64,000 nt of DNA, taken from Candidatus Latescibacterota bacterium (GTDB lineage: Bacteria > Latescibacterota > UBA2968). The stretch lies in assembly GCA_965116885.1 (NCBI GenBank), contig OZ220741.1, positions 3,072,001 to 3,136,000 on the forward strand, written 5' to 3'. The number at the start of each line of letters is the position of its first letter. The first letter of the stretch is position 1. Below, in pieces: positions 31,386-41,295 of this stretch. The position numbers and the translations under genes are program-made. Below the pieces are notes generated by a model that was given only the letters and a program-made list of their open reading frames with translations, made no database searches and was not told where the DNA came from.

Positions 31386-32285
31386 ATGGAATTTCGCATC
31401 CGCCTGCCCGGTTCCACCGCCAATCTCGGTCCCGGTTATGATGCACTGGGTATGGCACTGTCTATTTACAATTATATCGGGATAAGAATCCGTTCCCGAC
31501 CGGGCGTGTCGTTTAGCATTGAGGGTGAAGGCAAGGATATCTTGCCTGCTAATGAGGAGAATCTCTTCTATCAATCCGCACAATTTGCCGCCCAACGCGC
31601 AGGCAAAACACTGCCCGGGATCGATATTCACATGCACAATAGCGTGCCACTTGCCCGGGGATTGGGTAGCAGTTCAACGGCTATTGTCGGCGGTGTTGTT
31701 GCAGCGAATCGTCTCTTGTGCGAACCCTTTTCTCCAGAGGAGATGCTCGATATTGCCACGACTATTGAAGGGCATCCGGACAATGTCTCGCCCTGCTTGC
31801 TCGGCGGCCTCACTGCTTCTACTATGGATGGCAACCGCGTTGCATGCGTGCGCGCCCTGCCGCCGCAAGAATTGCGCGCTGTGGTCGCCATTCCCGAATT
31901 TGAACTCAAAACCGAAGATGCTCGCAATGTCTTGCCCGACGCGATTTCGCACCGTGACGCCGTTTTCAGTACAAGCCGAGCATGCATTGTTACCGCAGCG
32001 CTGATTACGGGAGATTTTGAGCATCTCGCCGTTGGCATGCAGGACCGATTGCATCACCCCTATCGGGCAAAACTCATTCCGGGCTTTGATCAGATACTCG
32101 CAGAAGCGATCAAAGCAGGTGCCTGGGGTGCCGCGCTTTCGGGCGCGGGACCGACTCTCATCGCGCTTACAACCCAAAATGCCGACGCTATTGGGCGGGC
32201 TATGATCGCTATTTGGGCAGAGAAAAATATACAAGCGCGTTATCGCATCCTCAAAGTTGATCCGTCGGGGGCCACCGTCACATGA
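31386..32285 (+). CDS. thrB: Homoserine kinase
   Basis: STANLGPGYD, PLARGLGSS, EGHPDN and SGAGP. Confidence 0.97.
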   Translation: MEFRIRLPGSTANLGPGYDALGMALSIYNYIGIRIRSRPGVSFSIEGEGKDILPANEENLFYQSAQFAAQRAGKTLPGIDIHMHNSVPLARGLGSSSTAIVGGVVAANRLLCEPFSPEEMLDIATTIEGHPDNVSPCLLGGLTASTMDGNRVACVRALPPQELRAVVAIPEFELKTEDARNVLPDAISHRDAVFSTSRACIVTAALITGDFEHLAVGMQDRLHHPYRAKLIPGFDQILAEAIKAGAWGAALSGAGPTLIALTTQNADAIGRAMIAIWAEKNIQARYRILKVDPSGATVT

Positions 32286-33949
32286 TTATTTTTATGGCAT
32301 ATCCAGGGCGCTATATGCGTCTTTTTTATATCGCGCTTGTGGGCTTGCTCATTTTTGACTTTGCGTTTTACCCTTTTGCTGCACACGCGCAATCTCGCCG
32401 TGATAATACGTCTCGGGAATCAGCAAAAGAAAATACGCAACCGATTGAAATCAAAAGCATTGGCAAAGCGGCCTACGACGCGGTTATCGCCTCGGGGCAC
32501 TATATTGTTGGGCCGGGCGATATCTTTGCCGTTGTGGTAAGTAGCGGGGAAGATATCGAAGCCTTTGAAGTTCCCGTGGGTGTGAGCGGCAGTTTGCTCC
32601 TTCCGTCTATCGGCTCGGTTTCAGTGGCGTTTTTATCGCTTGCAGAAGCCAATCAGGCCATCCAATCGACGATAAAAAAACGCTTTCATCAACTCGATAT
32701 TTCCATCGGTCTTACGCGCCTGCGGATATTTCCCATCAACGTGGTTGGCGAAGTGAATCTGCCAGGGGCTGTTGAGGTTGAGGGTGTCGAACATGCATCG
32801 CAACTCATCACCAAAGCCGGGGGCCTTATTGACAACCTCAATCGCAGAGGATCGAGACGCAATATCCAGATCATGTGTCTCGATGAAAATGGACAGTGGC
32901 ACAATACGGGACGCAGGGTCGATCTCGAGCTATGGAATCGCACGGGCAAAGCACAGTACAATCCCTTCATACTCGACGGGGAACAAATTTTTGTGCCCGT
33001 TGCCCAAAGCGATTCCGTCTATGTCACGGGCGCAGTACAATACCCGGGCAGTTATGAATTTGCGCCCGGTGATCGCGTGTCCGATCTCATTGTTCTTGGG
33101 AATGGTTTGCGCGGCCATTCTCCTCCAAAGCGCGCCGATCTTTTGCGCCTGTCGGATGATGGTGAGTGGAGATCCATACACATCGATCTTTCCGGTGTTC
33201 TTGCAGGTGATCCCGAGGCGAACCTCCCTTTGCAAGTGGGTGACAAACTCTATGTTATCGGCGAAACAAAGTGGGTTTATGTCGAAGGCGAGGTAAAATT
33301 TCCCGGTCCTTTTCTTTTAAAAGAGGGGCTTCGCCTCAAAGAATTATTAAAACAGGCCGAACTCACACCCGAAGCATCCGTGGTTCAGGCGTCTCTTATT
33401 CGCAAAGTCAATTTTGGAGAACAGGCCATCGAAGGTGATCCCGCGCTCAGGTTGCTCGGTATCCCTCGCTCACAGCGCACCGATGCCAAAGAAGCCCTTA
33501 TTGCCCTCAAAACCCAGCAGCTTTCAGGGCGTTTGCCCGTTGACTTTGTAGCCCTCATGGCTGGCGACGAGCGGCACAATATCATCCTGCAAGATGGCGA
33601 TGTGGTTCGCATTCCCCGATTTGTGCCTTCTGTTCGCGTGACAGGTGCTGTCATCGCGCCGGCAAATATTCCTTATGACGCGGTGCTTACGGTGGGTGAT
33701 TATATCGACCTCGCCGGCGGTTTTAACACGCGTGCAAAGCGGAAAGACATCATCATTGTTGAGGGCAATACGGGCAATGCCATAGACGCCACCGCAGAAT
33801 CGCTCGTGCGTCCCGGCGATGCGATTTTTGTCCCTCCACAAGAGCCCGGGCAGGGCTATCGGATTTTGAGAGAAGCTATTGCGATGATCGGTTCTGCTGC
33901 ATCGGTTGTTCTGACTATATTTGTCATTGCCAGGGAAGTGACTAACTGA
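32282..33949 (+). CDS. Polysaccharide export protein with SLBB domains (Wza/KpsD-like)
   Basis: Y.VGPGD poly_export domain; repeated V.V.GEV..PG SLBB units. Confidence 0.88.
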   Translation: MIIFMAYPGRYMRLFYIALVGLLIFDFAFYPFAAHAQSRRDNTSRESAKENTQPIEIKSIGKAAYDAVIASGHYIVGPGDIFAVVVSSGEDIEAFEVPVGVSGSLLLPSIGSVSVAFLSLAEANQAIQSTIKKRFHQLDISIGLTRLRIFPINVVGEVNLPGAVEVEGVEHASQLITKAGGLIDNLNRRGSRRNIQIMCLDENGQWHNTGRRVDLELWNRTGKAQYNPFILDGEQIFVPVAQSDSVYVTGAVQYPGSYEFAPGDRVSDLIVLGNGLRGHSPPKRADLLRLSDDGEWRSIHIDLSGVLAGDPEANLPLQVGDKLYVIGETKWVYVEGEVKFPGPFLLKEGLRLKELLKQAELTPEASVVQASLIRKVNFGEQAIEGDPALRLLGIPRSQRTDAKEALIALKTQQLSGRLPVDFVALMAGDERHNIILQDGDVVRIPRFVPSVRVTGAVIAPANIPYDAVLTVGDYIDLAGGFNTRAKRKDIIIVEGNTGNAIDATAESLVRPGDAIFVPPQEPGQGYRILREAIAMIGSAASVVLTIFVIAREVTN

Positions 33950-33951
33950 AT

Positions 33952-35133
33952 ATGGAATCTGAACGCAATATCCTCGATCACATTTATGTTCTCGTGCGCT
34001 GGCGGCGCATGATTCTCACGTGCTTCTTTGCCGTCACGCTGGCGACCGCGGGCATTTCTCTAATTTTGCCCAAAGCCTACCGCGCGTATGCCAGAGTTTA
34101 TCCACCGCAAGATACCAACGGCAGTCTCGGGGGACTGTCTAATCTTTTGCAAGAGCTACCTCTTAACTTGATGGGACTGGGTAGTGAGGCCATATCTGCC
34201 ACAGAATTTGTTCCGGTCGTTGAAAGCGAAAGCGTGCGCTTTTCCGTTGCCAGGCGGTTTGATCTCGCCACGCGGTATGGTGCCAACCATCAAAGTGAAT
34301 TGCTCGATATGATATCCAATCGCCTGCAAGTCGATCTCTCTCGCGAGCAATTTCTCACGATTTCCTACGAAGCCGATACCCCAGAACTAGCGGCAGAATT
34401 GACCAATGCTTTTGTTGAAGAGCTCAAAAATGCGCTTGAACGACGCAATCAAGACAAAACGCGTGTCTATCTGGCCTATCTCACAGAGAGGCTCAAAGAA
34501 GCCGAACAGGACATGCTCGAAGCCGAGCGGCGCTATCGGGATTTTCAGAACGAGCACATGGTATTGGATGTTGAAACTCAGGTCAAAACGCAGTTGGAAA
34601 CGACTTCCAATCTTTTCGGCTTGCTGGCAGAACTGATTATCAAGCGCGATGTTCAGGCCAAACTGATGACCGCAGACAATCCCGAACTGAAAAAACTCGA
34701 TATGGAGATCCAGACCACGCGCGAAGTTCTCGACAATTTACTTATGGGCCAATTTCCCGATAGCTTGCACAAGGGCGATTCGAGCAAACGATTGCCAGAG
34801 ATTTTCAAACCCTTCCGACAATTGCCCGAATTGGGCCTGGGCGCGTTGGCACTCATCCGCGATGTTGAAATACAAAATGCCATCTATCAGTTTATCAAAC
34901 AGGAATATGAAAAAACGCGATTTGAAGATGAAAAAGGCACACACACTGTCACGGTCCTGGATTATGCGCGACCGCCTGACACGCGTAGCTATCCGCGCCG
35001 TAGCCTCATGGTCGCTGTTGCGGGAGGCCTCAGCCTGGTATTGAGTTGCTTGTTTGCCTTTGTATTTGAAGCTTTGAGGAATCTGACTCCGGAGAATCGT
35101 GTCAAAATAGATGCCATATCAGAGGAATTGTGA
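33952..35133 (+). CDS. Wzz/GNVR polysaccharide co-polymerase
   Basis: N- and C-terminal TM helices, coiled coil, VLDYA.PP...SYPRR. Confidence 0.88.
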   Translation: MESERNILDHIYVLVRWRRMILTCFFAVTLATAGISLILPKAYRAYARVYPPQDTNGSLGGLSNLLQELPLNLMGLGSEAISATEFVPVVESESVRFSVARRFDLATRYGANHQSELLDMISNRLQVDLSREQFLTISYEADTPELAAELTNAFVEELKNALERRNQDKTRVYLAYLTERLKEAEQDMLEAERRYRDFQNEHMVLDVETQVKTQLETTSNLFGLLAELIIKRDVQAKLMTADNPELKKLDMEIQTTREVLDNLLMGQFPDSLHKGDSSKRLPEIFKPFRQLPELGLGALALIRDVEIQNAIYQFIKQEYEKTRFEDEKGTHTVTVLDYARPPDTRSYPRRSLMVAVAGGLSLVLSCLFAFVFEALRNLTPENRVKIDAISEEL

Positions 35134-35150
35134 GTAAGCGAGGTATTTCC

Positions 35151-36188
35151 ATGTCTGAAAACCTGGATACAATTCTCACCACTACAGTGGGGTCTTATCC
35201 ACTGCCCGACTGGCTCGTGGCAGCGCCGAGTGAAACCGCTGTTGTGGATGCCACGCGCGTTATCTTCGATACGCAGCGTCAGGCTGGAATTGATCTGCCT
35301 ACCGATGGCGAACTCTACCGATTTGACATCAACCATCCCGAGACCAATGGCATGATCGAATATTTTGTGCGCCCTATGGGCGGTACGCGCGCCGATTTTG
35401 GGCGTACTGAGGTCGAGACATTTCGCCAACGACAATCCATGGACTTTCGCGCCAAACCCGCTGCTGTTGTCGATGACGTGCTCTCAGAGGGGTCGCTCGA
35501 CCTGTTATCCGACTGTTTGCGCGCAGCAACCGTCGCAGGTGGTCCCTTCAAATTTACGCTTACCAGCCCCTATATGCTTGCCCGCACCTTGCTCGACAAT
35601 TACTACGGCGATTTTGAAGCCCTGCTCATGGGGGTGGCCGATGTGTTGGCCGATCAGGTACGCGGCCTGCCATGTGCCTGTGTACAGATCGATGAAGCCA
35701 ATATTCCGGGTAATCCTGAAGACGCGCCCATCGCAGCGAAGGCGATTAATACGGTACTCGATGCGATTGATTCCGATACTGAAAAAGCCGTTCATTTTTG
35801 TTTTGGAAATTACGGTGGGCAAACCATTCAACGCGGCACATGGCGCGCGCTTATCGATTTCCTCAACGATCTGCACACCGATCACCTCGTTCTCGAACTC
35901 GCCCATCGCCCGGATGATGATCTGGTTGCTCTGAAAGAAATTGATCCGCGCATCAAACTCGGCATTGGCGTGGTTGACATCAAAATCAATCACGTTGAAA
36001 CTGCTGAACAGATTGCCCGACGCCTCGATCACGCCGAAAAAGAACTCGGCCCGGGGCGCATCGCATTTATTCATCCCGATTGCGGGTTCTGGATGCTCAA
36101 ACGCTCGGTAGCTGATCTCAAGGTCGCAGCTCTCGTACAGGGTAGAGATCTCTATTTGGGAAGTGTGAAGTGTGAAGATCGGGAGTAG
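35151..36188 (+). CDS. Cobalamin-independent methionine synthase II family (single barrel)
   Basis: TT.VGSYP, TDGE, QIDE, HFC, E and PDCG zinc ligands. Confidence 0.88.
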   Translation: MSENLDTILTTTVGSYPLPDWLVAAPSETAVVDATRVIFDTQRQAGIDLPTDGELYRFDINHPETNGMIEYFVRPMGGTRADFGRTEVETFRQRQSMDFRAKPAAVVDDVLSEGSLDLLSDCLRAATVAGGPFKFTLTSPYMLARTLLDNYYGDFEALLMGVADVLADQVRGLPCACVQIDEANIPGNPEDAPIAAKAINTVLDAIDSDTEKAVHFCFGNYGGQTIQRGTWRALIDFLNDLHTDHLVLELAHRPDDDLVALKEIDPRIKLGIGVVDIKINHVETAEQIARRLDHAEKELGPGRIAFIHPDCGFWMLKRSVADLKVAALVQGRDLYLGSVKCEDRE

Positions 36189-36210
36189 TATTCCGTCCTA
36201 TAATTTTACC

Positions 36211-39200
36211 ATGCGATATATTTATATATTTTTTTTTAGTTTTCTGATCTTGGACGCAGGTGTTTTCGCTCAGGCACGCGGTACGATTGTCACGATTGCC
36301 GGTGGTGGCCTGGAAGATGGCGATAATGTGCTGGCAACGGATGTTGCGCTCAATCGTCCGCTCGGAATTGCGCTCGATATACAGGGCAATCTCTATATCG
36401 CGGATACGGATAATCACCGCATTCGACGGGTGGATGCGATAACGGGTATCATCACTACGGTCGCGGGTACTGGGGAACCGGGATTCTCGGGCGATGGTGG
36501 ACCGGCGACAAGTGCGTTGCTCAATACCCCTAATGCTATTGCGATCGATAGCGCGGGCAATATTTATGTCAGCAGCGGTGGCGCGAGTGAAAGTGATGTT
36601 CACAATCGACGCATTCGGCGCATCGATGCTTTTGGTATCATCACTACGGTCGCGGGTACGGGCGCAGGTGGTTTCAACGATCTGGTCCCTGCACTACAAG
36701 CTACGTTCCACGAAATTGTCGCACTGACGATGTTGGGCGATATAGCTCTTTTAATCTCCGATAGTCTCGATGAGGATGGACAGGGCAACAATCGCGTGCG
36801 GCAATTTAACTTTGCGAATAATACCATAGGTACAATCGCGGGCAACGGCAGTGCCCAGGCGTCGAGTATTCAGGATCGCGGGCTGGCAACTCGGGCGGGT
36901 TTGACTCCTGGACAATTGGCTGTGACGGGTAATGGCGATCTCTTGATTGCGGATTTTAATAATGGACGCATTCGCCGCATTAGCAGGGCAACGCGAGATA
37001 CGACGGTTGTTGCCGAGATCAATACTGTGGCCGGGCGGGGAGCGACCTCTGCGGAAAATCTATCAGAAGATCTCTACAAGGGCGATGGTGGGCCAGCGAC
37101 AGGTGCTTTATTTTTTTCTCCTTCGGGCGTTGCTGTCGATGAAGCTGGCAATATCTATATCGGCGATACGGGCAATAATCGCATTCGCGTGGTCGAAGCG
37201 GAAACGGACACTGTGTTGACTATCGCGGGAACGGGTATTGCGGGCGCGGGGCCTGAAGGTACACTCGGTCTTCTGTCTGATCTGGGGCAGCCCACGCACT
37301 TGCTAATTGATGGCGATGGGGATCTCATTTTTATTGATGCCGCCAACAATCGCATCCGCAAATTGCGCGATCCCACATTCCGCATGCCCTTGTTCAATGT
37401 TCTCTCCGAGAATATCGATTTTGGCGAGGTTAGCGTTGGCGATCCCACCGTGAGCCGTTTGCGCGTTGAAAATCGGGGCAATGTGCCCGTTCGCGTTGAA
37501 ACAGCGATTTCCGATAACTCCGCATTTCGCGTTTTGTCGGCATTGCCCCTCGAAATCGGCATTGCCCAAACCGCTGATATTGAAATTGTGTTTGATCCTG
37601 TACAAGCTGGCTCTATAGAAGGGGTTATCACTTTCACCACCGATGATTCGCGCACCCCTACTGTCGCTGTAACGGTGCGAGGTCTGGGGGCTGAACCCAG
37701 TATCGGACTTTTTCCTGCGGATGTCTTAATTTTTGATCCCACGTTTATGGGGCGATCTCAAGTATTGTCGGTTCGCATTGACAACCTCGGCGCCGGTGTG
37801 CTGATCGTTCCCAACGCCACGACAACCGACTCGCAATTTGTGGTGGAACAAACCGATATCTTACGGATTGACGCGGGGCAAAGCCAGCAGCTTTCCATCG
37901 CATTTCGCCCGCAAGCCGAGGGCCAGCAAGAAGCCACGCTCACCATTTTTAGCAACGCACCTGCCAACCCCGCGGCCACACTCCAATTACAGGGCATTGG
38001 GGAAAGTGCCCAACCCGGTGGGTTTGTCGATGAGGCCCCCAACGCGGGTTTGGGCGATACGGGTGCGGGATTTGGCGCGGCGTGGGCAGATTATGACAAC
38101 GACAATGATCTCGATCTCTACCTCGTGCGTAGCAGAGAACCGAATCGGTTATATCGCAACGATGGGACTGGATTTACAGATGTGGCGTCAGCGATGGGTG
38201 TTGGCGATTCCGGCGATGGCAGCGCGGGCGTCTGGGGCGATTACGACCGCGATGGCGATCTCGACCTCTACGTCACCAATTTTGGTGAACCGAATCGGTT
38301 ATATCGCAACGATGGGACTGGATTTACAGATGTGGCGTCAGCGATGGGTGTTGACGATTCCGGCGATGGATATGGCGCGGCCTGGGGCGATTATGACCGC
38401 GATGGCGATCTCGACCTTTACGTCGCCAACTTTGGCGCGAATCGCTTTTTCCAGAACAATGGCAACCGTTTTTCCGAACTGGCGGATAGCCTGGGCCTGA
38501 GCGATACAGAAAGTGGGATTCAACCTGCCTGGAGCGATTTTGACAACGATGGCGATCTCGATCTGTTTTTGGCAAATAGCGGTCCCAACCGTCTCTTTCG
38601 CAATGATGGCGAACAATTCACGTCCATAGAAAATATTTTTAATCCCATCGATGAAGGGCCGAGTTTTGGCGCGGCCTGGGGTGATTTTGACAACGATGGC
38701 GATCTCGATCTGTTTATTCCCTATTTTGGCGCAAATAACAGGTGTTATACAAACGAGGGCAATGGCACGTTCAGAGATCGCGCGACGGAGTTGGGCCTTG
38801 CCCACGATGGACGCAGCCGCGGCGCGGTATGGGGTGATTTTGACAACGATGGCGATCTCGATCTCTATGTCACCAATAGCGATCAGCCCAATTTGTATTA
38901 CAAGAATGTGGATGGGCATTTCGCCGACATATCCGATTCTTTGGGCGTTGCCTTGAATGCGAACAGCCGCGGCGTTGCCCTTGCCGATTACGATAACGAT
39001 GGGAGACTCGATTTTTATGTCGCCGTGCAAAATGGCCCCGATGCACTTTTTCGCAATCGCGAGGCCAATGGCAACTGGCTCGCAATTCGGCTTCGCGGTA
39101 CAGAAAGTAGCCCCGATGCGATTGGCACGCGTCTCGAAATTGCGTTCAGAGACAGAGATGGCAATAACCGCCGCGCCATTCGAGAAATCACAGGCGGCGC

Positions 39201-39546
39201 GTCCTTTTTGTCGCAAGACGCGCTCACGCCCGTGTTTGGTGTGGGCAGAGCCGAATATGTCGAGGTACTCACCCTGCGCTGGCCCAGTGGCATTGTCCAG
39301 GAATTTCGCAGTGAGACCGACGATTTGTCGGTCAATCGCGTTCTCCACATTGTCGAACAACCACTTGCGTCTGCAATATCCTTCGATTTTAATGCCGATG
39401 GTCGGTTCGATTTCAACGATTTTCGGATTTTTGTCAGTGCTTTTGATTCTGCTGATATGCGCTTTGACCTCAATGCCGATGGTCGGGTTGATTTCGGCGA
39501 TTTTCTGCACTTTGCCAGGGTTTATGAAGTGAGTAGTGTGAAGTGA
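36211..39546 (+). CDS. Secreted multidomain protein: NHL repeats, two Ig-like (ASH/choice-of-anchor D-like) domains, FG-GAP/CRTAC1-ASPIC propeller, dockerin-like tail
   Basis: Signal peptide; GNLYIADT.NHRIR repeats; DFG.V..G...V.N.G; WGD(Y/F)D.DGDLDL repeats; DFNADG.FDF.DF. Confidence 0.9.
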   Translation: MRYIYIFFFSFLILDAGVFAQARGTIVTIAGGGLEDGDNVLATDVALNRPLGIALDIQGNLYIADTDNHRIRRVDAITGIITTVAGTGEPGFSGDGGPATSALLNTPNAIAIDSAGNIYVSSGGASESDVHNRRIRRIDAFGIITTVAGTGAGGFNDLVPALQATFHEIVALTMLGDIALLISDSLDEDGQGNNRVRQFNFANNTIGTIAGNGSAQASSIQDRGLATRAGLTPGQLAVTGNGDLLIADFNNGRIRRISRATRDTTVVAEINTVAGRGATSAENLSEDLYKGDGGPATGALFFSPSGVAVDEAGNIYIGDTGNNRIRVVEAETDTVLTIAGTGIAGAGPEGTLGLLSDLGQPTHLLIDGDGDLIFIDAANNRIRKLRDPTFRMPLFNVLSENIDFGEVSVGDPTVSRLRVENRGNVPVRVETAISDNSAFRVLSALPLEIGIAQTADIEIVFDPVQAGSIEGVITFTTDDSRTPTVAVTVRGLGAEPSIGLFPADVLIFDPTFMGRSQVLSVRIDNLGAGVLIVPNATTTDSQFVVEQTDILRIDAGQSQQLSIAFRPQAEGQQEATLTIFSNAPANPAATLQLQGIGESAQPGGFVDEAPNAGLGDTGAGFGAAWADYDNDNDLDLYLVRSREPNRLYRNDGTGFTDVASAMGVGDSGDGSAGVWGDYDRDGDLDLYVTNFGEPNRLYRNDGTGFTDVASAMGVDDSGDGYGAAWGDYDRDGDLDLYVANFGANRFFQNNGNRFSELADSLGLSDTESGIQPAWSDFDNDGDLDLFLANSGPNRLFRNDGEQFTSIENIFNPIDEGPSFGAAWGDFDNDGDLDLFIPYFGANNRCYTNEGNGTFRDRATELGLAHDGRSRGAVWGDFDNDGDLDLYVTNSDQPNLYYKNVDGHFADISDSLGVALNANSRGVALADYDNDGRLDFYVAVQNGPDALFRNREANGNWLAIRLRGTESSPDAIGTRLEIAFRDRDGNNRRAIREITGGASFLSQDALTPVFGVGRAEYVEVLTLRWPSGIVQEFRSETDDLSVNRVLHIVEQPLASAISFDFNADGRFDFNDFRIFVSAFDSADMRFDLNADGRVDFGDFLHFARVYEVSSVK
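38137..38435 (+). repeat. Near-identical intragenic tandem duplication, period 150
   Basis: 38137-38219 versus 38287-38369 differ at one base; similarity continues downstream. Confidence 0.9.
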
Positions 39547-39552
39547 GATGCC

Positions 39553-40167
39553 ATGATCGCACTGCCAACTCCTCAAAATATCAATCAGGCTGCCAATAGC
39601 ATTAAAAACGGCGGCCTGATTGCCTATCCGACCGAGACTGTGTATGGCCTGGGGGCTGATCCCCATAACGATGAGGCTGTTCAGAAAATTTTCACTGCCA
39701 AAGGGCGTGCAGAGGATAAGGGGATTATTCTCTTGATTCGCGGTGCAGATGATCTTTCAACGCTTGTTCGCACTGTCCCTCCGACAGCTCAAATACTTAT
39801 TGAGGCATTTTGGCCAGGACCTCTTACCCTTGTTTTGCGCGCCAATCCCGATCTTTCTCCCGCCTTGCTCGGTGGACGCGATACAATAGCGCTTCGCCAT
39901 TCGAGTTCGTCCATTGCCTCCCAATTGCTCACGGCACTCGGCGGTCCCCTTACGAGCACGAGTGCCAATCGCTCTACAGAGCCTCCGGCGCGTTCGGCTT
40001 ATGAGGTGGAAAACGCGCTGGGCGAGCATCTCGATCTCATTCTCGACGGTGGGCCTTCCGACACTACGCTCCCTTCCACGCTTGTCGATGTTTCTTCCGA
40101 CCGCGCAATTCTCCTGCGCGAAGGTGCTGTTTCTGCCCAAAAACTCAGGGCGTATATTCATATTTAA
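39553..40167 (+). CDS. tsaC: Threonylcarbamoyl-AMP synthase (TsaC/YrdC/Sua5)
   Basis: PTETVYGL, K.R, WPGPLT and STSAN. Confidence 0.95.
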   Translation: MIALPTPQNINQAANSIKNGGLIAYPTETVYGLGADPHNDEAVQKIFTAKGRAEDKGIILLIRGADDLSTLVRTVPPTAQILIEAFWPGPLTLVLRANPDLSPALLGGRDTIALRHSSSSIASQLLTALGGPLTSTSANRSTEPPARSAYEVENALGEHLDLILDGGPSDTTLPSTLVDVSSDRAILLREGAVSAQKLRAYIHI

Positions 40168-40229
40168 AAAATAACGTGTTGGACAATAGAAATAATTCAA
40201 AAAATGGAAACTGGGACAAATTTTCGATC

Positions 40230-40259
40230 TTGACATTATATAAGATTCTGGATTATCCT
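40230..40259 (+). promoter_or_regulatory. Possible sigma70 promoter of the WD40 gene
   Basis: TTGACA-N18-TATCCT. Confidence 0.45.
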
Positions 40260-40380
40260 AAAAACCAAATTATATACAATCGTTTGTAGCATTTATCACA
40301 AACTCCCTGCTGCGTTGCTCGCGCGGCGGTGCAGAGAAGCCGTGCAACCATAAATCTTCCATAAATAGGAGAATCATCAG

Positions 40381-41274
40381 ATGAAAAAGCTCTGGTTATT
40401 CAACCTCATATTCTTTCTGGCTCTATTTATACAGGAAATCCGCGCCGAGGACACGCTTCGTGGGCATACGACTAATGTCGAGTCTGTGTCATTTTCACCT
40501 GGCGCAGGAACGCTGTCTGACGACGTGCTGAAAATGGAGGGGCATTACCGGACGTGGCATGTCCCCAATGGTGTAATCGCACGTCTGGGAAAAGGAACAC
40601 TTGGGGGAATCGACAGGCCGATAGCATTCTCGCCAGATGGTCAATATCTCGCTGTGGCAAGTGACATCGGCATCTGGCTTTATGATGTGGCGACGTCTCG
40701 TGAGCGCGCGTTGATACCCACGGCGAGTTCTATCAGATCGGTGTCATTTTCACCCGATGGGAGGCTATTGGCCTCCGGGTCAGATGATAACACAGTGAAG
40801 CTGTGGGAAGTGAGCACGGGTCAGGAGCGAGCCACCCTCACAGGGCATATGCGTGCGGTCTATTCCGTGTCATTTTCACCTGATGGTACGCTGTTGGCAT
40901 CAGGGTCATTTGATAACGCGGTGAAGCTATGGGATGTGAGCACGGGTCAGGAGAGAGCCACCCTCACAGGGTATACGAATGGTGTCAATTCCATGTCATT
41001 TTCACCTGATGGAACGCTATTGGCATCAGGATCATTAGATGGCACGGTTCTGCTGTGGGATATGTCGCCATATGGCACAGTTCAACCGCAAACTCCCAAT
41101 CCCGACTTCGATGGCGATGGGATCGTTGGCTTTGCCGACTTTTTGCTATTTGTGGCACAGTTCGGGTTAAGGCGTGGCGATGCGGGATATGATGCGCGGT
41201 ATGATCTGGATGGGGATGGCACCATTGGATTTGCTGATTTTCTGATCTTTGCCAGTGCCTTTGGGGAGACCTAA
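40381..41274 (+). CDS. Secreted WD40-repeat protein with a dockerin/EF-hand-like tail
   Basis: Signal peptide; SVSFSPDG..LASGS.D..V.LWD repeats with 126-bp period; DFDGDG.VGFADF twice. Confidence 0.9.
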   Translation: MKKLWLFNLIFFLALFIQEIRAEDTLRGHTTNVESVSFSPGAGTLSDDVLKMEGHYRTWHVPNGVIARLGKGTLGGIDRPIAFSPDGQYLAVASDIGIWLYDVATSRERALIPTASSIRSVSFSPDGRLLASGSDDNTVKLWEVSTGQERATLTGHMRAVYSVSFSPDGTLLASGSFDNAVKLWDVSTGQERATLTGYTNGVNSMSFSPDGTLLASGSLDGTVLLWDMSPYGTVQPQTPNPDFDGDGIVGFADFLLFVAQFGLRRGDAGYDARYDLDGDGTIGFADFLIFASAFGET

Positions 41275-41295
41275 ATAATCAGGAAAAACAGGACG

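Noticed and set aside
38060..39020. CRISPR-like regularly spaced repeats (GATGGCGATCTCGA)
   Set aside because: These are in-frame codons of DGDLD protein repeats with spacing near 150 bp, and there are no cas genes.
38338..39666. 442-aa minus-strand ORF
   Set aside because: It is an antisense shadow of the repetitive FG-GAP coding region with no independent motifs.
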